Assembly: GCA_951406725.2 (NCBI GenBank)
Contig: OX597825.1
Span: forward strand, 37,386,001 to 37,450,000
Direction of reading: 5' to 3'
Source of the DNA: Octopus vulgaris
Taxonomy: Eukaryota
DNA length: 64,000 nucleotides
The notes under the pieces were generated by a model. That model saw nothing but the letters and a program-made list of their open reading frames with translations. It did no database searches and was not told the DNA's origin. Shown piece after piece: positions 40,500 to 53,143 of the stretch. The stretch's first letter is position 1. Each line of letters starts with the position of its first letter. The translations under genes were made by a program, and so were the position numbers.

Positions 40500-41818
40500 T
40501 GAAATTAGTTAAGTACGTGTGGCACTTATGAAATGATGGTACTCGATAAAGTTAGAAGCTAATAAAATAGTTAAGCGTTAGGAATGGCTGACTGGGTTTC
40601 ATATTTTGTTTTATGGGGAGCTTATATTACATTTTTGAAAAGGAAATACAATAATCCATTCTGTACGTAAATACAACATAAAATCAACTTATAAAATCAA
40701 GGTATAGTGAGTAAAATTATTTTAGATACTACTTTTTACGCAATTATGCAAACAACCGTTTCACCATAATGAAATAACAGTATTCCAGTTATTAATTGAT
40801 TCAGTATTATCAGTAAGATACATCGTGATAATTTACCTATTTTGATGGTGAATTACATCCTTCAGTAACTAAATCTTTGCCCCAAAGTCATTAGTTTACG
40901 CCAAGATTTGTATTTCAATCAGTGATTCTGAGAGCAAAATAATCATGCATGCAACAAGATCATTGATTGCTTTCGATAACGATCAGTAGGTAAAGAAGGA
41001 TGATGCAAATTCTTTTGATGTAATAATGGGTTGTCTAGACATTGCAGAAATTTGTGAGTTCATTGGTCTTTATCGTTTGTATTTAATAATCTTAATAATT
41101 TACAGATGTGGATACTGAGATGACGGAATCGTTATTACACATGATATGAATGTCAAACTGTTAGAAAGTTTGAAAAACAGTCTTAGAGCTACTTAAAACC
41201 CGCCTACCATTAAAGATAATTTTGTGATAAATTTTTGTATATGATCACAATATTTCCTATGATGTATCCTACTGCAACAAAGATTCACCTTATAATAACA
41301 GGGAGATGAAATTTAGTGTTATATAATTCTATTAATTCTGAGACAGATAGTTAAATAGCAAACATTTCATTGTTTGGTTTAATGCTCCATTCAGTTTTAA
41401 TGTGATTACATATATCGCTAAAAGTTTTTAGTCATTAAATAAACATTCTCGAATAAATCATAAATATTTTGCGCAGGCGTTGCTGTGTGGTAAGAAGTTT
41501 GCTTCTCGACCACATTGTTCCGGTTTCAGTTTCACTGCATAATACCTTGGGTAAGCGTCTTCTCCTATAACCTCAAACCAACCAAATCTTTGTGAGTGGA
41601 AACTGAAAGAAGCTCCTCATATATATACATACGCACACACACACACACACACAGATATATATATATATATATGCATGTTTGTTTGCGTATGTGTGTGTGT
41701 GTTTTTGTGTTTGTCCCGATCACCGTTTGATAACGTGTGTTGGTTTCTTTACATCCTGGTCACTTAGCGGTTAGGAAAAAGAGAGCGGTAGAATAGGTAC
41801 CAGACTAAAACTGATAAG

Positions 41819-41858
<40 letters not shown>

Positions 41859-42490
41859 TTATATTTTTTCCTGCGTTTAACCCTCCAACGCGGAATATAG
41901 GCCACTTATAATTGAATTCCATATTGCTTATTTTTTCGCCAGATGTATAATTAATAGCCAGATGTATAATTAATTATTACTATTGTTGCAATTGTTTTAA
42001 CCCGTAAACTGTATATCTAATAATTTACTATTTCAAACCAGCAGGTGTGATAATGTATGTAGAATTCACTAAATAACAAATATAGTTTGGCGGATTGTAT
42101 CAGGCACATTGCTAATCTCTGTGTGGTTAGACTCCACCAATATTTACACGCATTTATAAAAGTTGAAAGAGATTTTGCCACAAGCTTACCGAACTATGTC
42201 TGGTCTTTACGATACAACTACATGTGGAACTATAAAAATTATTGAGAAATATAAGCATATACTCCACCTCCCATGATGGTGTCAATTACTTTGATCTTTC
42301 TATTTTACAGTAAATTGATAGGGTGTTCCATAAGAATTATCCATTAAACACCTATTCATGTTTTATGCTTTTTGTTGCTGTAGATCATAATATTTGTTTT
42401 AATATTCAAAAGTGCATAACAATCGAACTCTAGTTTCGTACCACACTGGTGCATAATTCACAATCATAACAAATTTGCTTTTGCTAATGA
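40500..42490 (+). pseudogene. Decayed Penelope-like retroelement ORF (RT + GIY-YIG region), interrupted by a SINE and (TA)n
   Basis: Ordered motifs: GIVSKIILD, VIN*F, FDGELHPS, KIIMHATRSL, FDVIMGCLDIAEICEFIGLY (41014-41073), GY*DDGI (41110-41130; YRDD), IVWFNAPFSFNV (about 41370), TSLPNYVWSL (42180-42209), HNKFAFAN. Confidence 0.85.
41471..41810 (+). mobile_element. SINE family A, 3'-truncated, nested in the PLE
   Basis: Head GCGCAGGCGTTGCTGTGTGGTAAGAAGTTTGC, CCTTGGGTAAG, internal CA/TA/TG tract, CACTTAGCGGTT. Confidence 0.88.
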
Positions 42491-42919
42491 GCACCTCTCA
42501 TTAATTATTTGTATCATCATAAATTGTAATGCTTTGCTGAAATATTTCAAAATAATTAGCCGTTCAACGTCAGACAGCATTGTATATTACTGGTATGTAC
42601 TCCAACCAAATCAATAGGTTTCTATTGTTAGTGTGCATCAAATATTCATAAATATTGAAAATTATTTTTTTCATTTCGAATATGAATATAAGAGCGGTTG
42701 ACTCGAAACTTTATTGCTTGAAAATCGATAAAACGTTTAACACAGAATAGCCATTTCTGAAGATTCAAATTCAAATACTTTTATTTTATTCTACTTTATT
42801 GTAATCAGTTGTCTTTTTCCTTCGGATTGTTTGCATTGTTATGTATTTCTTCCCTATACACACACACAAACTCGCGCACGCGCACACATATATTTGCACA
42901 TTGGTATGTGTGTCTATAC

Positions 42920-42966
<47 letters not shown>

Positions 42967-43329
42967 CACACACACAAACACACACATATGTATATATATA
43001 TATATATTATATATATATATATATTATATATAATGCATTTTTATATGTATTTATGTATAGATATTACAAGCGTTTGTAAATGTACATTATTTTCTTTATT
43101 ATCATCATCATTTTTCTTTTTCTTCTTCTTCTATTCCCCCTCCACCCTTTCTTCTCTTCCATCTTCTTATTGTTCTTCTATTAACATATGTCTTCCACTC
43201 GGTCTAACAATTTATTCATAACCCACGCTGCATTAGTGATACTCCAATTATTAATGCCGAGCCGTCAACCAATAACATTATGTAAATGAGTTACGCCATT
43301 CCCAGTCTTGAATGCATTTGAAAGTGTAT

Positions 43330-43600
43330 TTTTATGAAACTGTCTTTCAGTAGCTTGGAAGGAAGAGGTAAACGATCCATTAAAAGTCTTAAGGAAGACG
43401 AATCTATTTTTACTAGTTTTACCCGTTTCGAACCTCCTAAATCGCTCATGATTCCGAGATTTCATGTATGGAATCAGTTTTAATAAGGCATGAGCTCTGT
43501 AGGTGGGCACTGGGGCATGATTGTTTACCTAGTGCTAAGGAGGGATAATTTTGATTAGAAGTACATATACTTAACTTCTGAATCAGCAGATAAGAAAATA
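43330..43600 (-). pseudogene. Possible PLE N-terminal remnant
   Basis: QKLSICTSNQNYPSLALGKQSCP resembles the NLS...LxLGLxFxP motif. Confidence 0.25.
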
Positions 43601-45539
43601 TAATGAGATAATGTAGCCTGGTGTCTATTTTGGCACTTGTCGAATATAACAAACTTGCTTCCATGCAAATTTTCATGAGTCAGAGACGACATCTGAACGA
43701 GAATCTGATGGAGATGTCTTTACAGAATGTGTACTAGGAGTCATTGAGACGAGAGTAACACTAAGAGGAATATGTCAGAAACCTGGGTAATAGATTTCTT
43801 TTGAGACGTTGTGCTTCTTGCCAATAACAAATATTGTTCGCGTTTCCATTGATAGCAACAGTATAATTGGAAGATAACAATTGAAAAGTGTTTTGTAGAG
43901 GATGAAGCTAATAAAAAGAGTGTATTTAAATGTAGCTGAAAAGTTAGTATGAGAAATGGTAAGTGAGTGATAGACAAGTTTTAGCGCTTGGTGTCTGTAG
44001 CAATTTTTGAGGAATTAGAAGGGTGTGTTGTCGAATACATATGTATTCATATGTATATGAGTAAGTTTCTGTATGTGTATGCTCTATAGCATACAAATGC
44101 ATTCAAAGGTGTGACACCCACACATATCATACACACACACACACACGCACACACACACACGCACACACACACACACACACATATGACAACACATAGTATA
44201 CACCCACATACATATGTACGCATGCACACGTATACGCGTGCAAACATTTCTTACCCATAATTTATACAGTATATGCAGAACATTTTCTCGTTCAATTTAA
44301 TTTTAGAAGACAAACTGTCGCTTATAGAATCTACAAGTGACATTATATTGATACCTTTCTAACTAGCAAATATACAGAGTGGTATAAGTACATGGTAAGG
44401 TATATGAATCAGTAGATGACCTTCTGACAAACAAGGATTTGTTTTGAGTCTCTTGTTGTTGTGAGACTAATATAAAGCACCTGACAAGAAATATTTGCAT
44501 GAATCTATAACATATCAGCAATTCATATCATATACTTTCTCTCATTTTTTCACACATTAATTAAGCATCACATTTCCTTAAACTCTCAATTATTCCCTCA
44601 CACTTTAGCTTGCGCTCATAGACTAACTCACACTTACACTTCTCTCTCTTTCTCATACGATCACACTTAAATATCCTTTATCTGTCACACACTGACACCA
44701 CCGACCTGACGTTTTGTCTCTAATGTGCTGTCTCTGCATATATTATCTTACTATTCTCTACGTCTCTTATTTCTAATTCCAACACTTCTTTGAAAATCAA
44801 TGAAATCATTTTCAGTAGACTTAATGTCTATTTTCTTTATTTACAAGAGTTCTGTTTAATTGTGTGCTATAATGAACTAGTATTTGTAAGGCATCCCTTG
44901 TTTGTTTAAATTATACAAAAATATATACTGCAAATGTTCACCAGTATTGGCTTCACTAAGCCGTTGGCAATTGTCAGAATGTTATTATTTTTCTATCTGT
45001 GCGTTTTTAAATGTTTCGTTTTGTCATTAATTCATAACATTTTACTCAAAGATTAGAAATTTTATTATTGGAATGCTCTTAGCTCCTCCAATATATCAGA
45101 TTGGTTTTGCTATATTCCTGATTATTCCACATCGAGAGGAAATTCGTTCAAATGCGTTCCAGATGTGATTACTCCGTTGGTTTTGAGACGAAGTATGTCT
45201 AACATTTATGTTATCTAGTGATCGAATGTGTAATCTATTACTTAAGGTGACAGAGAGTGACTGATGCCAAGTAAGTTGTTATTTAAAGCCATTCAACTGA
45301 ATATATATGCAATGTGTTACTATCTGAAATATATTTATGTAGAATAGGGATATTATTTGAAGATTTCAAGTAATTATATATTACTAGGTGACTGCTTAAA
45401 CCAAGCTCTGACACAATCATTAAATGTATTCACGTAAACATTTCTAATCTCTAATCTTCAAAAGCCGTATACATTTTGTATCAAGTGACAAATTGTTCTT
45501 CGGTAAGTTTCTTTTACCCTGTGATATTGCAATGGGACA

Positions 45540-45960
45540 ACGTGTTGGAAGAAATTGCAATGGCTTGTGTCAGGTAACTTTCAGGACTCAAACTTTCAAT
45601 TTGAGCAATGTCAGTAAATACAAATAAGACAAGCAAAAAGAGAAACCTATCTACTTGGGAATGTCTCATATCATCATAAATATATGATTTATGTGTCACT
45701 GTTACACAACTACGTCATTGAAATGTAATAATACTTGGATTTATCTTCGCCGGGATACTGTTGCTGGACTAATAACAGTGTCTATCCTTACATACCAAGC
45801 AACCATAAAAACGATTGTCTTGGGATTTCAAACCGTGGAGACAGAAGTATTAGTTGATTACGCTAATTTTTTTCTGTCGATCCTGGAAGGCCCAGAAGCA
45901 ACGGCGTCTGATGAGGATAGATTTTAGCAAACGCTTACAAATAAATACCACTAGTCATTT
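45540..45960 (-). pseudogene. Possible decayed APE-type LINE endonuclease
   Basis: IVFMVAWYVRID (cf. xxGDWN..LD) followed by SQVDRFL (cf. SxIDR) in plausible order. Confidence 0.25.
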
Positions 45961-46369
45961 TTATCCGACCCTTACAATTCCAACCATCCCATAGCCCGTA
46001 TTGCCCAGTCTTTTGATTCAGTGATTTTATGACTTTGATTTTAAGTCTTTTGCGACATCACATATAACAATGTCTTAAATTCAAATGCTCTCCGTTGTAA
46101 TCCATATGCCTACTTAATCATATTACAATCTTGGAAATTCTCGCCAAAGAGGACAAAATATCAGAATGAAGTTAATAGCTGAAGGTAAGTGATAGTTAAG
46201 AGGGGCAAATGAGAGTATATCTATGAGTTAATTCCATAAGTCAGGGTAGCAAATGCAGCGAATTTCAAAGGTTGGTTAGAAAATATAATGAAAATGCTGG
46301 AGAAATATAATTAAGTATGCACGTGTTGATTTGTTAAATATCATATAAGTTCTATGTGATATACTTTTT

Positions 46370-46572
46370 AGGGCAGTGAGAGACTGAATAGTTTAAGCGT
46401 CGAACAAAATGCGTTGTTGCATTTCTTCAAGCCTTAAAGTCTTGATGTCGACTTTGCTTTTCATATCTCCATGGTAGATAAAACAAACTACTAGTTAAGT
46501 ACTAGGACAAATGATAATGTATAATCCATCTCCACACAAAGAGGCTGGACTTGTGCTTAAATTGGAAACATT
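46370..46572 (+). mobile_element. Old SINE family B copy followed by a 30-bp tandem duplication (46559-46620)
   Basis: GTCGACTTTGCTTTTCAT box and GCTGGACTTGTGCTTAAATTGGAAAC tail. Confidence 0.6.
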
Positions 46573-48580
46573 TGTTGTATGATTACAAAAATTAGAAACA
46601 TTTATTGTATGATTACAAAATTCAGAGACAATGATAGAGCATCATCCTCATCACCACCAGACCTGCTAGAAATATGTATTAAATATATTCAAAGTCACAT
46701 TATGACATACTACAATTGTATAGCAAAAACGATACCTATTGGATATTGCATTCTTTGGTAAGCTATCTTCGATCATATTTCCAATCTATCAGGGTTAACC
46801 TATATCTAACCAATAGCAATCTCAGCGACGGCGATGAGTGAACAACCTTTGTTGTTGATTCAGTAACTTATAATTTTCTCCTACGTCTTATTATTTCTAT
46901 CATTCTTCATAACCCTGCTAATAGAAAGTCAAATAAGAACAATTTCAGGTATTATCATACATAATGTATCGGCTGTTGTCTGCATTGAAAGGTAAGTTTT
47001 CCTGTTCATAGTAATTAAGTGCAATGTGTAATTTTATTAGTATTTTTAATGTTCACTTTGAGTCGAGTATACTTTTGCGTTTCCCATACATCTGGACTTT
47101 ATTATAGCAAGTATCTCTTATGTTAAGCAACTCTGAATACCTTTGTTATTCATTATTCCATTATCATTCCCGGTGTTGGCTATATTCAAACTAAATGACA
47201 TACAGACAATCTAATTAACATCAATGCTTTTGCTCGTGTCTAAATGCCTGTTTAGTTTTCATTTTGTATGATGTAGTACATATTGGAAAATTTCCTCAAA
47301 ACCTTTGTTAAAACCAAAGCATTTAAAACTCATAAAACCTAATGTTCCTCTCAAGTTAAGATTTATTCCTTTATGATTTACAAAAATTAGACATTAATTA
47401 GCATGATAAAACTGACAGATCCAGAGGTCACAATTTATAGAAGCGTATAGGTGTGGGTTATAGCTAAAGCCAAATTTGCGATGAAATCTGTCATAGAAAT
47501 TGATTAAAAATGCTTTGTTAACTTTCTGTTTAAGTTTATTAATTTACCTCACCTTTAACAAGCCAACGAGATAATTTTTCAGTTGCTCGTCTCTTTGTAT
47601 GAGCTGCAGATCGTAGTTGAGCGCAGTTTGCGGTTGAGTCTATAACATCTAGTATGATGCAAAGCGTGCATTTCCCTTTACCTGATGGGTAATATTGACT
47701 GTGAGCCGCCCAACTCAAGGGTTAGTGAGGGGTTTAAGCCTCAGTGGCCTGGGAACGATTTTCAACATCGATAATGAAATTTCGAATAGTTTGTTTTAGG
47801 CTCGGGGTTTGGCCAACTTCTAGGAAATATTGAAATAACAGTGCGACAGATGAAGTTACAAGTTCCGACATAAACTATACAGGTCATTAACTTAGTTTAT
47901 CCTGTTTAACCGCTCAAATCCATGAACCTGTTCTACATGCTCTCTTTCAGATTCCGAAGAGAATTGATTTGTGCCGTTCATGTTATTGTTTGTTATCGAT
48001 CGTCGGCCGAGTCCATCATAAAGAACGCTTTACCACTTCCGTTTGTAATGTAAGGTAGTTAAGCTTATCTTTTTTGTCTAGTGGCTGTCTCATAAAACAC
48101 AATGTGCCAGAGGAGGTAGCACTGACTTATGACAGGCACCTTTGGGAGCCCCAAATTTCTATCAGAGCAGTAGCAAAAGAGAGACAGAGAAAAGGCAAAC
48201 AAAAAAATAAGAATTAAGATTTGAATTAAGAGCCACAATTCTTTATTGATAAAACTAAATTAATTGAGGAAGTTGAAGCATAGCTATGTGCTGACTAAGG
48301 TTTTAGGAGGATTGAAAATAATTCTGTGGAATATTCAAATGATAAACTGCTAATGAATAGCTCTCAACAAACCTATGTTCAATCATGCTACATAATCTCT
48401 ACTTTGTAGAGATTATGTAATAATTCTTGCCCAGTCTGACATCAGAGTTGTTCAAAGGTGCTTTCAGTTGCTGCAGTTTCTATTTGTGGCAGAAAGCGAA
48501 AGTTGCGGCATATTTCGCCCAGTTTCGATGGTGAGTTTTCTTCAACGATGGATGAGATATCCTCGCTTTTTTCATGTTAA

Positions 48581-48590
48581 AGCACACACG

Positions 48591-48660
<70 letters not shown>
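48581..48660. repeat. (CA)n microsatellite
   Basis: Directly visible. Confidence 0.98.
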
Positions 48661-48665
<5 letters not shown>

Positions 48666-48874
48666 TTAGGTTTTATATAATTTCATAGTTATACTTTGTT
48701 TTATTTATATAATATTTTAACATACCCGATTATTATCTGACATGTTATCTTATATATAGTGGGTAAATATGTTTTATTTTACAAAGGAAAATTCTTAAAT
48801 ATTCATTCATAAGATTTCCCTTTTCCAATATACACATCATACTTAAATTACTTGTCTAATAAGGTTACATGAGA

Positions 48875-49535
48875 CACATGCATCAGAACCACATGTAGGC
48901 GACTTGGTGATCTCATATCATGATAAACAGCGCACGAACTTGCTGCTCAGATAGAATTTTCTTTAGGTCAAGTAGACCATCCCGCTCAAGAGGTCCGTAT
49001 ACATTACAAGTCATTGGCTCTCATGGCTTCGGATCTTAACTGATTAGAAGTGTTATCATATACATGATTTGTCCTGGTGGCTGAGGATATATGTATGTCT
49101 AATTATAAGAATAAGTAGTGAGTGAGGGCATCATAGCTATGTATCGAGTGAAATTCTTTGGAATTTGAATAATTCACCTTCGGAAATATGGGCGTTTCGT
49201 TATTATTGTCAATATTGGTAATAATACAGCACATGTCATCAAAGTGACGCTGGGGTTCAAATATACGAAACCCAATATACCCATCACGAACACCCGTCTG
49301 ATAAGGGTACACCAGGCACATGCATCACAACCATATGCACGCCACATGGTGATTTCATATCAAGATAAATAATGCATAACCTTCCAGTTGGGGCTCAGTT
49401 ATAATTTTCTTCAAGTCAAGTTGTCTATCCCGCGCAAAAGGTCGCTGAATAAGGGTTGTTTAAGGATGTTGAACGAAACATTCATGTTTCCAGAGGTGAA
49501 TTATCCAAAGAATTCCTTTCAACACATGGGTATCA
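48875..49535. mobile_element. Cluster of three fragments of one interspersed repeat (probably a retroelement 3' region)
   Basis: 48875-48995 resembles 49318-49443 (direct); 49133-49200 is an inverted copy of 49470-49533. Confidence 0.65.
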
Positions 49536-49719
49536 TACAGTTCTATATTTAAGAGCTGAGGAATTATGCACATTGTTTATATTATTTACATTTGATGGAT
49601 ATTTGTCCTCATCTTGTTTGTTATTAACACAACGTTTCGGCTGATACACCCTCCAGACTTCATCAGGTGTCTTGGGAAAATTTCGAACCTGGGTTCTCAT
49701 TCCTAAGGTATTTTCGATG

Positions 49720-49722
<3 letters not shown>
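49535..49722 (-). mobile_element. PLE-type 3' end (pLTR) adjoining (AAT)n
   Basis: Contains a compact hammerhead; 5' side joins an (AAT)n tract. Confidence 0.7.
49626..49671 (-). ncRNA. Compact minimal type I hammerhead ribozyme motif
   Basis: Minus strand: GACAC CTGATGA A GTCTG gagggtgtat CAGCC GAAA CG TT GTGTT; stem I GACAC/GTGTT, stem II with one mismatch, palindromic AACGTT stem III. Confidence 0.8.
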
Positions 49723-49977
<255 letters not shown>

Positions 49978-49979
49978 AT

Positions 49980-50185
49980 GGCAAAGCGGCATAATCGTTA
50001 GTATGGTAGGCAAAATGATTAGTGATATTTCTGCGGCTTTACGTTCTGAGTTCAAATGCCATTGGTATCGGTTTTGCCTCTCATCCTATCAATTAAACAA
50101 GCAGCAGTCACATACTGAGGTCAATGTAATCGATTCACCCCCTCCTCCGAAACTGCTATCATTGTGCTAAAAGTTGAAGCCATTA
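49980..50185 (+). mobile_element. Diverged SINE family B copy
   Basis: AATCGTTAG, TTTACGTTCTGAGTTCAAAT, GTAATCGA, TTGTGCTAAAAGTTGAAGCC. Confidence 0.7.
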
Positions 50186-50959
50186 TTAGTATTTTGGATT
50201 TCAATGAGAACGAAGCTATTACATTGACATTCTCTCCCACCTTTTGGATTATTACATTTTCCAAGGATTTTTCAGTCGTTAAAAGGGTTTGCGTCATGTA
50301 AAGTTATTTTGCAAAGCAAGATTAGTTTGTTCTTTTCTATTCTTTGATATTGTGGACCTTGAATTGGTTCGAATTCATTGCAGAGTTGTTGATTAATCCA
50401 GCAAACACATACGAAATCTAAAAGAAAGAAGCACTTTTCTGACAGCAGAGTAATAAATTTTAGAACTTGAAAATTGTTTATGGTCATGAACAAAAATATT
50501 ATTTATTCTGAGACCTTGCTCGGCAGCAGATAATGAGAACAACCGCAAGCACATGAAAAATGACACAAGAGCAAATGTTTAGGGCAAATAATCCCCCCGT
50601 GAAATTAGTTTTGGCTGAGTTGCTTCCAGAGGACATCTTGAACTTGAAAAATACGCATTCTGAATGGGGCTGGTGGCAGAATTGCGTTCAAGGAGACTAA
50701 ATCTCTTCGCATGAAGAATACAGTCAAAATTGGGTAAGAAAGAAGCAAATCCTTTTTGTTACAAAGAAGAAAAAGAAAAAAAAATTCCTGTACTTTCAAG
50801 GAAAATTTAAGACAGTTGCAGATCACTTAATATCTTACAAAGACGAAGAAAATTCTTTAACTCGTCCCCATATTTAATTGTATTGCGTCGGTCACCTTTA
50901 CTCAAGTCGTTTGTCTCACCCTCACAAATCTATAAACTTCTAGCTAAATGTACCATAAT

Positions 50960-51820
50960 AACCAGGGCGAAAGATGAGGGGACAATACAATACAGACATA
51001 AAGTGTGGGGTTTCACATATAATAGAATCATAAATTAAAAAGCATACACGGTACACATTAGAAAGGAAGTATACATAATACATGACACTAGACAAAGAGG
51101 TGGGGGAGCATCGTAATGGAGAACACCCTAATTCAGACGACCTCTAGGCATAATCAAGGGATAATCCAAGATCACCCTGAGTATCAACGACGAGAGCCCA
51201 CTCCAACTTCTTTCTTCTCACAGGTCTACACTGTGAGTGGCATCATCCACTCTTGCTATTTTTGCAACTTTCACTCATCTTTTACTTAATTCGCTCGAGG
51301 ACAGAACCTTCCTCTCCACTTTCACTTTCCTTTTCAAGTAAAACTTGAAAAAGTCGATGAGTTCTTTACCACAGAGGAAAGTTTCTGTCCTCGTTCCCTT
51401 CAGCCTCGTCCACCAGATAACCACTTTCACCACAGCTCCCAAACATAGGAAAACGTCTTTGCCATCCCAATTAAAGAGGGCGGCGGGGCAATCATCATTA
51501 TGGACTCGGACGACAGACGGATCTGTCTTAAACGCGACAGCATCTGTTCGACATAACTCCACAAGTCAGCAATGCCTGGATACTAAACAAGTGCATGTAG
51601 AACGGGTTCGTCGCTCTGCGAGCACCTCGGACAAGCCCGTCTGACAGCACAACTGGAAATTATCCATAACAGTCCTCAACCGGAAATTCCTACGGAATAG
51701 ACTTGCCAGTACGTTTTCGCCGACACTTAGGGTCTCCCCGGGGACATCGTCGCACTCTCCCGTTACTAATCCTCTGTAAATATCTAAAGTGGAATATCCA
51801 ACGATCCTGATGCTCGACAT
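50960..51820 (-). mobile_element. 5'-truncated L1/Tx1-like LINE (ORF2 C-terminus with zf-RVT-like motif and 3' UTR)
   Basis: Across frames: LDIYRGLV, CPRCSQSDEPVLHALV, IADLWSYVEQMLS, VIWWTRLKG...FFKFYLKRKVKVER, stop at 51218; GC-richer than flanks; the 3' boundary is uncertain. Confidence 0.8.
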
Positions 51821-51834
51821 ATAATAACGATAAT

Positions 51835-52065
51835 AGTTGTTTCAAATTTTGCACAAAGCCATTAGTTTTTGAGGGTGAGGGAAAGTTGATTACATCGATT
51901 GATTGGTACTCATTTTATCGAGCCTGAAATTATGAAAGGCAAGGATGAATAACGGTATTTGAACTGAGAAGGTGACAAGCTGACAGAAATCTGACTTGGG
52001 GTCGATATAATCGACTGCTCCCTTCCTCTCAAACTTTTAGCTTTGTGCGTATATGTTGAAAAAAT
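51835..52065. mobile_element. Two SINE family B fragments in opposite orientation (minus 51835-51970, plus 51995-52065)
   Basis: TTTCAAATTTTGCACAAAGCC...TGGTACTCATTTTATCGA and TGGGGTCGATATAATCGACT...CTTTGTGC. Confidence 0.65.
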
Positions 52066-52987
52066 GATGGTATTATATTGAGGAGGATTATGATATGGTG
52101 ATAAAAAGCAAAGAATTTGATACCGTTTGCATTATAGCTACTTTCATTGTCATACAGCTTCTGTTCAGTTGTACTTTAAAATTATGAGACAAAGAACAAA
52201 CAAAAATAAATGCCCTTGGGCAAATCATGAATGTCAAAGATATCAAATCCATCTCACATTTCTCTAAAAATCTAAGTTGTTTTGTCTATACAAGACATAT
52301 TTTTCTTTGTGTATAGAAGATAACACATACACATACATATATGGAGGATGGTGTTTGCTCTCTTTTCTATTCTATGAGATATGCCAGGCGCAAGTTTTAT
52401 TGATTTCTTTTGCATTAATAAAATACACATTTATAGAAATATGACAGAAATGTTTTAAACCTTTAAAGTTCAAACATATTGATGTAGATTTATATTTTTC
52501 AATTTTCCTCTAATCCATAGAGATCAAATAATATCTTCTTTAATTCTCTAACAACGTGATAAGTTAATGCAATGATTTACATATAAAAAAAGAATACGTT
52601 GAACTACCATAGTAGTGAATAATCCAACTTAAGTCTTTGTGATGCAATTAATTTCTGTTTATTGTAACTCGGAGATCACAAGAAGAGTTTTCACTCTTAA
52701 CACACACGTGCGGTTTTGTAAGTCATTAAGCTTCCAACAAACAGTGAAATTTTGTTGAAAAATTTACGACTATATTTCAACAATGATTTTTCTAAAAAAA
52801 AAATGTATTATATATATATATATAATCACACACGCACACATGTATGTATACATACATACGTACACATCTAACTAGATATCTATGTGTGTATATATATGTA
52901 TCCAAAAGTGTACATATGGACGTATTTCGAAAATCCATCAGAACTAAAGAAATAATGTATGCATAACATGAGAATTTCAATTCAAGT

Positions 52988-53143
52988 ATTGATTTCAAAT
53001 TTTGGCACAAGGCCTGCAATTTCGGTAGAGGGGTAAGTCACGTACATCGACCCTAGTACTTAACTGCTACTTATTTTATTGACCATGAAAGGTATGAAAT
53101 GCAAAGTCGACCTCGGCGGCATTTCAACTCACGATGTAAAGAC
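52988..53143 (-). mobile_element. 5'-truncated SINE family B with perfect 12-bp TSD
   Basis: TSD ATTTCAATTCAA at 52974-52985 and 53147-53158; GCAAAGTCGACCTCGGCGG box. Confidence 0.88.

Noticed and set aside
41938-41974. Short tandem duplications (also about 20168-20194, 39779-39815, 60437-60468)
   Set aside because: Ordinary slippage or repair duplications with no further structure
45905-45935. CTGATGA-containing hammerhead candidate
   Set aside because: No GAAA core and no convincing stems
47951-48054. Possible plus-strand exon (TTTCAG acceptor, open frame, GTAG donor)
   Set aside because: The peptide is unrecognisable and the donor is weak; such sites are expected by chance in 64 kb
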